DNA of 59,691 nucleotides, from IMG/VR virus record IMGVR_UViG_3300030330_003594, positions 1 through 59,691 of that record; one strand, 5' to 3'. A program made the translations under genes and the position numbers. The notes beneath the pieces were generated by a model. It saw nothing but the letters and a program-made list of their open reading frames with translations, had not been told where the DNA came from and did not search any database. Positions 39,246 through 48,175 of this stretch are shown piece by piece (the stretch's first letter is position 1; every line of letters starts with the position of its first letter). The DNA is from a virus. Lineage: Duplodnaviria; Caudoviricetes.

Positions 39246-41384
39246 TCACTTGCGAAGGGTAGAGGGTCCGCCAGCGTTGTACTTGTATCTGCGGAAGAAT
39301 TTCTTTTCACTAAAGTCTGCCCTCTTTGCTTTGGGCTTTTCTTTTTGAGCTGCAAGCAAAGCAAGACCTGAACTGATTGACAAGTCGTACTTGGTTCGAT
39401 TGGTAATCTTGAACTGTATCCAATCTTCAAGCGTCCTATTGAAGTACATCTTCCCCATATCGCCCTCCTCATTATATCCCACATGCTGATGGATGTAATC
39501 TTCGATGGCTTGGGCGTGAGCCTGCAACACGTCTTGAGAGTTAGACGGAATCCCCTTTGTCTTGACGTTCACCGAGCTCGATGTAGACTTCAGGTGATCG
39601 GGCCTATCCAGGACATAGCCGTCGTACCCACGTTCCTCAAAATACCTCACGATCCCATACTTGTTGTTCTCAATCAACAGAGGGTAGCCATAGAAAAACG
39701 AAGCCATCAAAATATCCTCGTAAAAGATCTTGGCCATTGGTGGCCTGCTTATATATTCAGCAACAAAGATGTTCGAAGGGTGCTGCATGCTGAACTTATT
39801 GTACAGGTGGCAGGCTCCCTTAGACCCCCTACCATCGACAGTGGCATCGAGGTCGTAGCTGTCTACGCCCCCACAGCCTAGGGAGCTGTGTGGGGCTATC
39901 ATCTTACCCCGGTACTCCTCCCTCTTGTTTCTCATACCTGAAGGAGGCATCCACGCCACCCTCCATCTTCCATTTTTAGTGGGGCGAAACACAACCTCTG
40001 TATCACGCCTGCCGTCTTTCCAGACAAAGTTGCCCTCCACGATAGGGTTGGGATACAGCATGTCATTGTGCTCTATCTGGTCGTAGATCTTTGAGATGTC
40101 GAAGAGGCTGCCTTCGATGGAGTCACGGAAAGCCTCCTCAGGAGAAAATGGGAACTGCCTGATGAACTCATTGAGCTCTCTCGTATCAGACTTCATAGCC
40201 GACCTTTCGTTTTTCAAAAACGTCCTGGAACCAAAAGCAATTGGCTCACCATCCAGCCCGTCAACTGCTGTGACTGGATCGTCTTTGACAGCGTTGCCGT
40301 GCTTGTCAAAAAAACCTTCTAGAGCTTCGTCGGCAGGCATGAAGATGCGGTACAGTCCACTCACCGTCCTTCCGTTGGCGTTGCGGGCTTGAGGGTCACT
40401 GTCTTCCCACAGCTTTTTGTATTGCTTACCGCCCTTGTCCAAGGGGTTGACGGTCGAACCGACCAGGGCGGTCCCAATGATTTTTCTACCTACAATCAAA
40501 CACGTCCTCTGGATACGCCACGCCTCCCTGATGTCTGTGGGCTTCTCCCACTTGCCTGCCTCGTCCAGATACAAGATGTGCAGCTTTTCACCATCGTAAG
40601 CGTTGTTTGTGGTGTTCTTCCAGTTGATGACCGTGTTCAAAGCATCACCCTTGAACGCCGTCTTGTTGTTTTTGGTGATCCTCTTCGATGGCTCACGGAA
40701 AGCAAGCTCTACACGAGGGTTGGTCGTTCCGTCTTGGATGGGCTTAAAAAAGAAAGGGTAGTGCCGGAACATCTGCACCACCTTTTTCATGAAGATGTTT
40801 TCTTGGGCGTCTTTACCTGTTTTCGACTGGATGCCGAGAAGCTTATCCTTAATCTGCGTAGCCTCATCGACCAAGACTGAAGAGCAGATATTAGTGTATC
40901 CAGAACGGCGACACTTAGTGTAGAGCTGACCCATGCAGCGTGGGTCCGCTTCGCACGCAGCCATGTGGAGAAAGATTTCACGTTGGAAAGAAAGGTACGA
41001 AGGATAGCCTATGTCCATCTTCGTCCATTGCAGCATCATGTAGTGCCGACCCGTAATATATGTAGGGACGCCATCGTTGAAAAACCAAAAGCCCTCACGC
41101 CTACGGCGAAACTCCTCTTCGATATACGGACGAAACTTTTCTCTGAACTCCCTTGGCATCTCCCCCCACTCATCCATAGAGCGAATCCTAGACAGCTCCT
41201 CTGGCATAGCCCGCCTCTCCCACAACTGCATGTCGTTTGGACGGTCATGTCCTTCAACTTCCTCTGGGGGCGGGACAGCGGGAAGTACAATGACCAACCC
41301 ACCGAGTTCAACAACCTCACCCTGCGTGCCGTTGGGACAAATGCTGACAGCCTGCTCATCATACTTATCTACCTTGACCAGCAT
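39246..41384 (-). CDS. terL: Terminase large subunit
   Basis: Walker A-like KCRRSGYT, Walker B LYLDEAGKW, nuclease GGVDSYD and LIENNK. Confidence 0.92.
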   Translation of the reverse strand: MLVKVDKYDEQAVSICPNGTQGEVVELGGLVIVLPAVPPPEEVEGHDRPNDMQLWERRAMPEELSRIRSMDEWGEMPREFREKFRPYIEEEFRRRREGFWFFNDGVPTYITGRHYMMLQWTKMDIGYPSYLSFQREIFLHMAACEADPRCMGQLYTKCRRSGYTNICSSVLVDEATQIKDKLLGIQSKTGKDAQENIFMKKVVQMFRHYPFFFKPIQDGTTNPRVELAFREPSKRITKNNKTAFKGDALNTVINWKNTTNNAYDGEKLHILYLDEAGKWEKPTDIREAWRIQRTCLIVGRKIIGTALVGSTVNPLDKGGKQYKKLWEDSDPQARNANGRTVSGLYRIFMPADEALEGFFDKHGNAVKDDPVTAVDGLDGEPIAFGSRTFLKNERSAMKSDTRELNEFIRQFPFSPEEAFRDSIEGSLFDISKIYDQIEHNDMLYPNPIVEGNFVWKDGRRDTEVVFRPTKNGRWRVAWMPPSGMRNKREEYRGKMIAPHSSLGCGGVDSYDLDATVDGRGSKGACHLYNKFSMQHPSNIFVAEYISRPPMAKIFYEDILMASFFYGYPLLIENNKYGIVRYFEERGYDGYVLDRPDHLKSTSSSVNVKTKGIPSNSQDVLQAHAQAIEDYIHQHVGYNEEGDMGKMYFNRTLEDWIQFKITNRTKYDLSISSGLALLAAQKEKPKAKRADFSEKKFFRRYKYNAGGPSTLRK

Positions 41385-41493
41385 AAGCCTTCACGTAGTT
41401 TTTGGACTTCTTGTTCTTAGAGTGGTTGTTCTTAGAATGCACGCCCTTTCTGCGGATGCGTTTCTTTTCTACTTTGACAGGCAGCTTTTTCAT
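41365..41493 (-). CDS. Small basic protein
   Basis: MKKLPVK...KNYVKAYAGQGR; ATGA-region overlap with the HNH stop. Confidence 0.45.
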   Translation of the reverse strand: MKKLPVKVEKKRIRRKGVHSKNNHSKNKKSKNYVKAYAGQGR

Positions 41494-41852
41494 TTTATTG
41501 AATTGTTTCTTCTTTCTATTGTCTTGATCCTGTGGCAGTTGGCGCAACGTATCTCACATTTTCTTATCTCTTCTTTGATCGAAGCGATGGAGTACGAGCC
41601 ATTCACCATATCGGAGATGTTGTATGACTTCTCTTTTACATGATCAAACTCCAGTACCAGTGGATTGGACTGACCGCAATCGATGCACTTGTTCAGCCTC
41701 TTGACCCTCTGCACGTAATCTCTTGCCCATCTCCTTTGCGACCTGTTCCACTTCTTAGCCTTCTCCTTGTACTTGGCACTATGGTCTTGATAGTACCTTC
41801 TATGATATTCTCTTTGATATTGTTTTCTTTTTTCGGGATCCTTGAAAGGCAT
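41490..41852 (-). CDS. HNH endonuclease (packaging-associated)
   Basis: CIDCG...LEFDHV...CEIRCANCHR. Confidence 0.88.
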   Translation of the reverse strand: MPFKDPEKRKQYQREYHRRYYQDHSAKYKEKAKKWNRSQRRWARDYVQRVKRLNKCIDCGQSNPLVLEFDHVKEKSYNISDMVNGSYSIASIKEEIRKCEIRCANCHRIKTIERRNNSIK

Positions 41853-41933
41853 CAGTCCCCTGACTTCTTATTCCAGGACTCCTCCCAAAACTTGTGCTCT
41901 ACTTTGTTTCTTTCCCAGACAATCTCTTTCCAA

Positions 41934-42218
41934 TCACTTTGAGTATCTCTCAGCGAAACCTCCTGAGTAGTCTTTGTCTTCTGCGATCGCTCCATTGTTC
42001 GTAAGGTCTTTGATCATTTGTTCAAGCCGCTGGCGCTCTACCAGAAGCTCTTTGCAGTCCGTGGCTGTCTGCTTGATCGCTTGCAGCTCAGCCTTCCTTG
42101 CGCTACCATTGATGTCTGGGTCTACGGGTTTTTTGATTTCATCAATCATGTTATTGATTGCCGTTTCCATAGACTTCATCAATCGCTTGGCAGCCTCAAT
42201 CGTCGTGAACTTCGACAT
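41934..42218 (-). CDS. Putative terminase small subunit
   Basis: Helical ~94 aa upstream of terL; start reassigned to MSKFTT; ends GGFAERYSK. Confidence 0.5.
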   Translation of the reverse strand: MSKFTTIEAAKRLMKSMETAINNMIDEIKKPVDPDINGSARKAELQAIKQTATDCKELLVERQRLEQMIKDLTNNGAIAEDKDYSGGFAERYSK

Positions 42219-42801
42219 AGCTAATGTCTTGTACACGCATGCGATAGACAATGTCGTCATTGTCTAACTTAATCTTGTAGTCAGCACTCTTTTCAAATCC
42301 TACAATGTCACCAGGATTTACATCTTGCTCCTCCAGCTCTGGGTGTGGCGTATACACCTCGGCGATATCTCTGACCTCAGGATTGAGGTCGGGGATAATG
42401 ACCCCTCCCTCAGTTTTTTCTTCTTCTTTAGTCTGGTCTACAGGCAAGACAAAAAGCCAGTCAGCGAGCATGTGAAGATCCTCTGTATCCTTGCTTCGGT
42501 ATGCAATGGCTTGGCTGAGCTGACCATGTTCCTCGTTGTACATGCACATGTACAAATCGTCACCTAGATCGTCTGAGATTTTCAGAGCACTGTTTGTTGT
42601 GACATGATGGTGGAAGATCAAAGTATCTCCCTTCTTGGCGTCGCCGTCGTACCTCAAAGGCACAGAGACGATCTCTCCGTAAGCAATCCTGTTTTCAAAC
42701 TCATTCCACTTGGTGTCTAGATACAACTCCTGACCACCGACCTCGATGGTATCTTCAAATCGTTTGGGGACTCTTACAATGAAGTGATGTAGGGCTTTCA
42801 T
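42196..42801 (-). CDS. GroES-like co-chaperonin with two tandem domains
   Basis: Second half LADWLFVLP...KTEGGVIIP...VNPGDIVGF; first half LHHFIVRV...GGQELY...KKGDTLIF. Confidence 0.7.
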   Translation of the reverse strand: MKALHHFIVRVPKRFEDTIEVGGQELYLDTKWNEFENRIAYGEIVSVPLRYDGDAKKGDTLIFHHHVTTNSALKISDDLGDDLYMCMYNEEHGQLSQAIAYRSKDTEDLHMLADWLFVLPVDQTKEEEKTEGGVIIPDLNPEVRDIAEVYTPHPELEEQDVNPGDIVGFEKSADYKIKLDNDDIVYRMRVQDISYVEVHDD

Positions 42802-42805
42802 AAAA

Positions 42806-43060
42806 TTAAAATTTGCAATCGTATTCTATCAGGACGGGCTGATTCTCGATCGTCTTCCAAAGCATGGTTGAATCCTCATCCTCTACATACACTTCGTATC
42901 TACGCACGTTGTATTTGTACATAGACCTCTCGTCTTCTACGATCATGCTGATTCGTGAATCACCCGCACGCATACCAATGAAGTATGCCATAGCGTCTTT
43001 GGGGTTGGGCCCCACGACGATCTTTCTAATTATGTTGGCCACTTGATTTAATTTAGGCAA
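42806..43060 (-). CDS. Conserved hypothetical phage protein
   Basis: IRKIVVGPNPKDAMAY...LWK...PVLIEY; tight operon packing. Confidence 0.6.
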   Translation of the reverse strand: MPKLNQVANIIRKIVVGPNPKDAMAYFIGMRAGDSRISMIVEDERSMYKYNVRRYEVYVEDEDSTMLWKTIENQPVLIEYDCKF

Positions 43061-43326
43061 ATATCATCTAACCAGTCGCCTCTGTTTTTGCGGCTGGCTT
43101 GATATGCGCTGTCAAGTATACTAACTAATTCCTGAAATGCCTCATCGTCTTTCACTGACCATGAGTACCCTGCCGTGACCTCCTCATCAATGATGTGGTC
43201 CTCACGTTCAATCACAAAACAAAAGATGAAAGCGAAATCATTAGGTAAGAACTCGTCCTTGATAGCACCATGCAGCTCGCTTATCAAGTGGTGTACATAC
43301 CTTAGTCTTTCGTCATTCGGATCCAT
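43048..43326 (-). CDS. Hypothetical acidic protein
   Basis: ORF coupled to its neighbours. Confidence 0.55.
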   Translation of the reverse strand: MDPNDERLRYVHHLISELHGAIKDEFLPNDFAFIFCFVIEREDHIIDEEVTAGYSWSVKDDEAFQELVSILDSAYQASRKNRGDWLDDICLN

Positions 43327-44198
43327 TAGGAGGCCCCAATCACAGCAATGCTTGATGGGTTTGCGTTTGTGGTTGTAAGTCTTGCGTCAACCACCCATGT
43401 AGCGACGGATGAAATGGTGGCGCAGTGCAAATGGATGACATCGCCCTCATTGCCACCGGAGGTGGCGGCATCACCGTCGATACTCAAGGTGTCGTTGTCA
43501 AACGTGTTGCCAGTGTTGGTGACCTTCTGCACAGCCACCTGATCGTCGGTGGTGGAGTTGACCACCACCTTACCGATGAATCTCTGTACTGTACCACTGC
43601 CAGCAGCATTGTTTGTGGTGATCTTGAAAGCTGTAGAGCTGGCATCGACAATCACAAACTTGAAGTACAAGCCCGCTGCCGCTGTAGGTAGAACAATCGT
43701 GCCCCCAGAAAGGGTGTTGGCATCGATGAAGTGTGTCTTGCCAGAGTCAGCAGCCGTGAGCGTCACGCCAGTGGTGATGTTGTTGACGGTCTGCGTGCTG
43801 TTGTCAAAGGTGATGGTGCCGCTGCTGTTGCTAACCTGGATGTTGGTTCCGCTGTTGAAAGTCACAGTGGAGCTCGACCCAGCAGTATCGGCGATGGTGA
43901 GGACGGGATTGCTGGCACCTGACACAGTAGCTGTGACAGAATCAAAGGCAGGGAGGGTCCTGAAGCCTACACTCTTAGCTGTGCTGTCCCACACAAGGAC
44001 ATCACTGGAACCAGAAAATACAGGGGTGTTGATCTGAAGGCTCTCGACCTTGACGGCTGCGGTAGACAGTGACAAAGCTGAATCGTTGCCCTCTCCATCT
44101 TCAATCACCTTCAAACTGGAGGTCAGAGCTGCTGCGTCTGATGTCTTCAAAAGGCCCTGATACGTGTTCTTGATTGTATTTCCTGAGAGTGTTCCCAT
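43326..44198 (-). CDS. Putative virion fibre/decoration protein
   Basis: S/T/A/G-rich beta protein; TLTAADSGK...LPTAAAGLYFKF. Confidence 0.6.
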   Translation of the reverse strand: MGTLSGNTIKNTYQGLLKTSDAAALTSSLKVIEDGEGNDSALSLSTAAVKVESLQINTPVFSGSSDVLVWDSTAKSVGFRTLPAFDSVTATVSGASNPVLTIADTAGSSSTVTFNSGTNIQVSNSSGTITFDNSTQTVNNITTGVTLTAADSGKTHFIDANTLSGGTIVLPTAAAGLYFKFVIVDASSTAFKITTNNAAGSGTVQRFIGKVVVNSTTDDQVAVQKVTNTGNTFDNDTLSIDGDAATSGGNEGDVIHLHCATISSVATWVVDARLTTTNANPSSIAVIGAS

Positions 44199-44203
44199 AT
44201 CCC

Positions 44204-44224
44204 TAATTTTACATCACAAATATA
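44204..44224. promoter_or_regulatory. Overlapping divergent promoter boxes (TAATTTTA on +, TATATTTG on -)
   Basis: Both lie in the 31-nt gap between divergent starts 44198 and 44230. Confidence 0.55.
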
Positions 44225-44229
44225 ATATA

Positions 44230-44664
44230 ATGGCTAGACACCATAAGGGGAGAAAAAACAGAGAGTTTTCTTACCTCAATGACAGGTACGTCAACAAGAA
44301 CTACCTCAAGTATTACAAGCACGCTGTGCGAGACATCAACGAGAGGTCAGGTCTTACCATGAATCAGATCAACGTCTTGCTGTTCATGTATGACTACGAG
44401 TTCTTCACCATAGATCACATCGCCGAAGCCTTGTACCATCACAAGGCCAAGTTCGCCAACTCTGTGCTGTACCCCCTGCAAAAGAAGGGGTGGATCACGA
44501 AGGTGTTCGACAAAAGCAAGGTCTCAGAGATGCACTTCCACGAAGCGCAGATGCACGAAAGGACCACATACAAAAACCGCTATGCCCTTTCGCAGAAAGC
44601 CCGACTCATGGTCCAACGCTTCTACCGTAAGTTAGAGGGCGAGGAAGAGATTATTTTGCCTTAG
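44230..44664 (+). CDS. Winged-helix (MarR-like) DNA-binding protein
   Basis: GLTMNQINVLLFMY...IAEAL...LQKKGWI...YALSQKA; start reassigned to MARHHKG. Confidence 0.65.
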   Translation: MARHHKGRKNREFSYLNDRYVNKNYLKYYKHAVRDINERSGLTMNQINVLLFMYDYEFFTIDHIAEALYHHKAKFANSVLYPLQKKGWITKVFDKSKVSEMHFHEAQMHERTTYKNRYALSQKARLMVQRFYRKLEGEEEIILP

Positions 44665-44857
44665 GGTGATTTACAAGTCTAAACTCAGCCTTTTTTACTG
44701 CTCCTGGGTGCGGAGCATAGTCACCCTTCATCAAATAGTAACGGCCTTTTTCAAGCATCCAGTGAAATCCTTCTGGTGCCTCCACTGTCTTTTTGCCTTT
44801 CAAAAATTGAAGCTTTGGAGCCTTGCCTCCTGTCTGCATTTTCTTTCCGTACTTCAT
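44651..44857 (-). CDS. Small basic conserved phage protein
   Basis: VEAPEGFHWM...YLMKGDYAPH; N-terminal MQTGG motif. Confidence 0.6.
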   Translation of the reverse strand: MKYGKKMQTGGKAPKLQFLKGKKTVEAPEGFHWMLEKGRYYLMKGDYAPHPGAVKKAEFRLVNHPKAK

Positions 44858-44923
44858 GTCTTTAACAGTTGTTGTATCTGGCAGGGAGAATAATCAGAAT
44901 CTCATGCCGTTATATGAGTAACA

Positions 44924-44931
44924 CAAATATA
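44924..44931 (-). promoter_or_regulatory. TATATTTG -7 promoter box
   Basis: TAnnTTTG upstream of 44857. Confidence 0.6.
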
Positions 44932-44938
44932 CACCACC

Positions 44939-45346
44939 ATGAAAAATTTACTTATCATCCCCCTGCTGCTTTTGAGCAGCTTCGCCCTCGGTCAAGACGA
45001 CTTGGTCAACTACGAGGAATTTGAGTTTTACCTAGGCCCCATTCAAGACCCTTCCGTTTCAGACATCCCGTGTCTGTTCACTCAAGACATTACAAGCGTT
45101 CAACAAACAGGGGTCTACATCGTATTTCGCAAGTCTATGGACCAGCTCATCCCTTACGACTACATCACTCCTGGATCAGAGTTTGGGGCACACTTCCTTA
45201 CTACTGGAAACTTCGTAGCTATTGGCCTCGATGACGATGGACAAATCAGCACACACCCGCACAACTTTCAGATTACTGAAAACCACTGTGAGTACGAATA
45301 CGGATCAGACAAGAAGGCACCACCTATTGTATTGAAGCCTATGTAA
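44939..45346 (+). CDS. Exported protein of unknown function
   Basis: Signal peptide MKNLLIIPLLLLSSFALG|Q; followed by a terminator. Confidence 0.7.
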   Translation: MKNLLIIPLLLLSSFALGQDDLVNYEEFEFYLGPIQDPSVSDIPCLFTQDITSVQQTGVYIVFRKSMDQLIPYDYITPGSEFGAHFLTTGNFVAIGLDDDGQISTHPHNFQITENHCEYEYGSDKKAPPIVLKPM

Positions 45347-45374
45347 AAAGAAAGGGGCCGAAGCCCCTTTTTTT
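45345..45374. terminator. Bidirectional intrinsic terminator
   Basis: AAAGGGGC-CGAA-GCCCCTTT between convergent genes, A-run before and T-run after. Confidence 0.88.
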
Positions 45375-46557
45375 ATTGCTTGGCTGCTCTAGCCATAGCT
45401 TTCTCCATGTCACCTTTTTTAAGCATCGGTGGCCGCTTCGCTGCTTTCATAGCGCCAGCCAACTGCTTTTGCTCCGCAGCAATCAGTGCATCGTATCCCG
45501 CATGGAGCTTACTCACTGCACTTGAGCTGATGTTAGACAAGCCGACGAGACTCTTGAACTTGTCATCACCAGCCAGGGCCTTCGCTCCAGTGGATGATCC
45601 TCCAGCTTGAATGCCTGCCTTCTCCTTTTTGAGTCGGGCGATGTTGGCCTGTCTAAGCTTGACTTGACCCTTCGCTTCAGCTCGTGGGTTGCCTTCAACT
45701 TTCGTTCCCTCGTTAGCCTTCTTAAATACGTGACCACCGCCAGGCATCTTCATGCCGTCCTTACCAACGTACTTGAGCTTCGGGTTTTTGGCCGCCAAAG
45801 CCTTGAGTCCCTTGCTGCCCTTACGAACAGCCTTTTCAATGTTTTCCTTACGGGCTGTCTGTGCGGGGAGCACGGCACCAAGCTGACCTGTAGGCTCCTG
45901 TCGAACCTGCTTTGACTGCCCCTGTCTTTCGGCTGCCGCCACAGTATCCATCAACTTCTTCTTAATACGAGTTCTCTTTCTTGAAGCTGCCTTATCGCTG
46001 AGCTGTTTTGCTGTCATAGGCTTGTCGCCACGCTGCTGCACCTTCTGCCCATCAGGGGTGATCGTAGTGCTAACTCTTCCGCCGAGTCCTGGTCTAATTG
46101 TAGTAAAACTCATTTTGTTGGCGTCACTACCAGTCGTGGTTGCATCTGCTACAAACGTCCTTCCCGTGACAGCAGGAAGTCGGCCTTGCTTACCCGCTAC
46201 TTGTTGAAAACGACCTGGCTTGCCCTCTTCATCGTAGTTGTACTTGGTGACACTACCAGACTTGGTTTTAGTGAACCCAGGGCCTGAGGTGCGTTGCACT
46301 GCCGAAGCACCCTTGATCTTCTTAGGGTTCTTACCACCGCCATTCATCTCCTTGACAGCACCGCCATCTTCCATTGGCATGATCTTCACCATGACGCCAC
46401 CGTCGGTGACCTTCATGCCGCCCCTGGCCACCTTGGGGTCCATAGGCATCATGCCCCCATCAGCCATGTATTGCATGAGTCTTTTAGCAGACCCTCCATC
46501 TTCCATTTTCTTGGGTCTACCTCTCATCTTCCCGTAAGTTCCTGGTCCTTGTGGCAT
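45373..46557 (-). CDS. Basic low-complexity protein with repeated MxxGG motifs, putative core protein
   Basis: MEDGG x2, MADGG, MNGGG, ARGGMKV, KDGMKM, NEGTKV; K/G/M-rich. Confidence 0.65.
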   Translation of the reverse strand: MPQGPGTYGKMRGRPKKMEDGGSAKRLMQYMADGGMMPMDPKVARGGMKVTDGGVMVKIMPMEDGGAVKEMNGGGKNPKKIKGASAVQRTSGPGFTKTKSGSVTKYNYDEEGKPGRFQQVAGKQGRLPAVTGRTFVADATTTGSDANKMSFTTIRPGLGGRVSTTITPDGQKVQQRGDKPMTAKQLSDKAASRKRTRIKKKLMDTVAAAERQGQSKQVRQEPTGQLGAVLPAQTARKENIEKAVRKGSKGLKALAAKNPKLKYVGKDGMKMPGGGHVFKKANEGTKVEGNPRAEAKGQVKLRQANIARLKKEKAGIQAGGSSTGAKALAGDDKFKSLVGLSNISSSAVSKLHAGYDALIAAEQKQLAGAMKAAKRPPMLKKGDMEKAMARAAKQ

Positions 46558-46574
46558 ATCTGTTGTCTTTATGA

Positions 46575-46991
46575 TTATCGTAAATCAGTATCGTGTTTTC
46601 TGGAGCCTCTAATATAACTATTTACTCGGCCCATAGCCCAAGCTGCCATAGAAGCACCCCTGCGGCTACCTCCTGACAACCAAGCGCCTTGACCCCTGCG
46701 GTACACCTTGACAAGTGTGCCATAAGAGATGCCAGACTTCTTGGCCTTGGCCTGCAATGTTTTCTTGACTGAAGAACTTAGTGCCTTGCGAGAAACCTTC
46801 GCACCCTTCTTCGCCACCCTATCCTTGAAGTAGCTGTCGGGGAGCTTCTCGCCTGTCTTAGCCGCCTCCTGCCCTCTTTTCAGCAAAGCCACAGCCTCGG
46901 CAGTCGTACTCTTCGTATCCGACTTGCCCTGGGATCTATCTACATACTTTGCAGGAAATCCAAGTCTGTATGGCTGCGTGCGTTTACCCAC
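46575..46991 (-). CDS. Basic conserved viral protein
   Basis: AKKSGISYGTLVKVYRRGQGAW...WAMGRVNSYI; TATATTTA box at 46996-47003. Confidence 0.65.
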   Translation of the reverse strand: MGKRTQPYRLGFPAKYVDRSQGKSDTKSTTAEAVALLKRGQEAAKTGEKLPDSYFKDRVAKKGAKVSRKALSSSVKKTLQAKAKKSGISYGTLVKVYRRGQGAWLSGGSRRGASMAAWAMGRVNSYIRGSRKHDTDLR

Positions 46992-47014
46992 AGCGTAAAT
47001 ATACTAACTATATC

Positions 47015-47275
47015 TTATCCATCAGTAAAGGCAACGAACAGAGGAGTCTTGTCTCCCATGTGCGATCCCACCACGTTGAACTCGAAGTGCTCTATGGCTT
47101 CCATCTCGGTCATGCCCTCATCGATAAGGATCTCTATACAGCTCATGGCGTCATAGATAGCTACAGGGTTGGCCCCACAGGTGACGCCCACTAGGGCTTT
47201 TTCAAACCCGTTAGCCAGTAAAGACCCATTGTCGGATAGGATCTCCATAAGACCCTCGGTTGATTGATGATACAT
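47015..47275 (-). CDS. Conserved hypothetical phage protein
   Basis: ANGFEKALVG...EAIEHFEFNVVGSHMGDKTP, a pattern common in aquatic phages. Confidence 0.7.
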   Translation of the reverse strand: MYHQSTEGLMEILSDNGSLLANGFEKALVGVTCGANPVAIYDAMSCIEILIDEGMTEMEAIEHFEFNVVGSHMGDKTPLFVAFTDG

Positions 47276-47485
47276 TTAGATTGAATTGAAATGAGATTCT
47301 GCAAAAGACTCGATGCCCTGCTCCGTAAGATACTTCCCTTTGGTGTAGTCGGACCTGATCAAGTACAACACCTCACGACGGAACCCTACATCTTTTGTAT
47401 GCACACTACAGATGCAGTCCACCAGGGCTTCTGCCTCTAGAGTAAAGGGATTGACCGTGTCTGTTGGTGCTGAAAAGAGATCCAT
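47276..47485 (-). CDS. Hypothetical protein
   Basis: First minus-strand gene; TAGCTTTG box at 47508-47515. Confidence 0.55.
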   Translation of the reverse strand: MDLFSAPTDTVNPFTLEAEALVDCICSVHTKDVGFRREVLYLIRSDYTKGKYLTEQGIESFAESHFNSI

Positions 47486-47647
47486 TCTATTGTACTTGAT
47501 GTCTAGGCAAAGCTAACCCGTGATACCACATCATTCATGTGATCGAGCCTGAAATGTGTCCTTCATGTAGTCTAAAAGGTAGAGTACATGATGTTGAAGC
47601 TGTGGACCCCAAGTCCACATTAGCGAACAACACGATCACTACTTTAG

Positions 47648-47679
47648 CGAAGTTACCAAGGAAAATTTAGAAAGTCAAG
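47648..47679 (-). promoter_or_regulatory. Leftward promoter CTTGACTTT...TAACTTCG
   Basis: TTG-N20-TAnnTTCG, close to the Flavobacterium TTG-N19-TAnnTTTG consensus. Confidence 0.55.
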
Positions 47680-48100
47680 AAGCCTGGGGAAAAACTCTTG
47701 GTGAGTTTTCCAAGGCGGCAAGGTAGCCTCTGTGATCACATACAGCGTGTTTTACGGCCTCTAGGCTGTGAAAATACCGCCAGACATGTTTGGGGTGGGG
47801 ATTATACATACATACAGGCGCTGACGCCACGCACCCGGAACGCATCTGCAAACCCAGGGGGCCTGTGTGCCGCCACATGTCGCTGCAACTTTTGCCGTTT
47901 TGCCGCTGGCCGTGGTCGGGCATCCGCTTGGCTCCATCATCCCGGCGGCAGACAGAACTCGCTCGGACGTCGGCCATCCTCCACACATCGTTCGGACAAC
48001 CCCACCCCCGACCATGTGCGGCCCTCCACCCCCACCCGAGCGGGATGCACGCACCCCAAATTCTGTTGGCTTTTGTTGGCAAAATATTTAGTGGACAAAA

Positions 48101-48131
48101 CTTGACTTTGTCAACTTCTTTCGTACTTTAG
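48101..48131 (+). promoter_or_regulatory. Rightward early promoter CTTGACTTT...TACTTTAG
   Basis: TTG-N19-TAnnTTAG; includes palindrome TTGAC-TTT-GTCAA. Confidence 0.6.
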
Positions 48132-48175
48132 TGATGTAGTTAAACCTGTGCGAAAGCACCCAATACCCATACCCC

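Noticed and set aside
5301-44037. Many + strand ORFs of 60-190 aa inside late genes
   Set aside because: Antisense shadows of long minus-strand genes with no motifs or expression signals
5207-47485. Stop-codon reassignment as in some crAss-like phages
   Set aside because: Genes are long and tightly packed in the standard code; no suppressor tRNA seen
47675-48131. Five overlapping ORFs in the strand-switch region
   Set aside because: They overlap on both strands and have Pro/Arg/Gly/Cys-rich composition expected from GC-rich non-coding DNA
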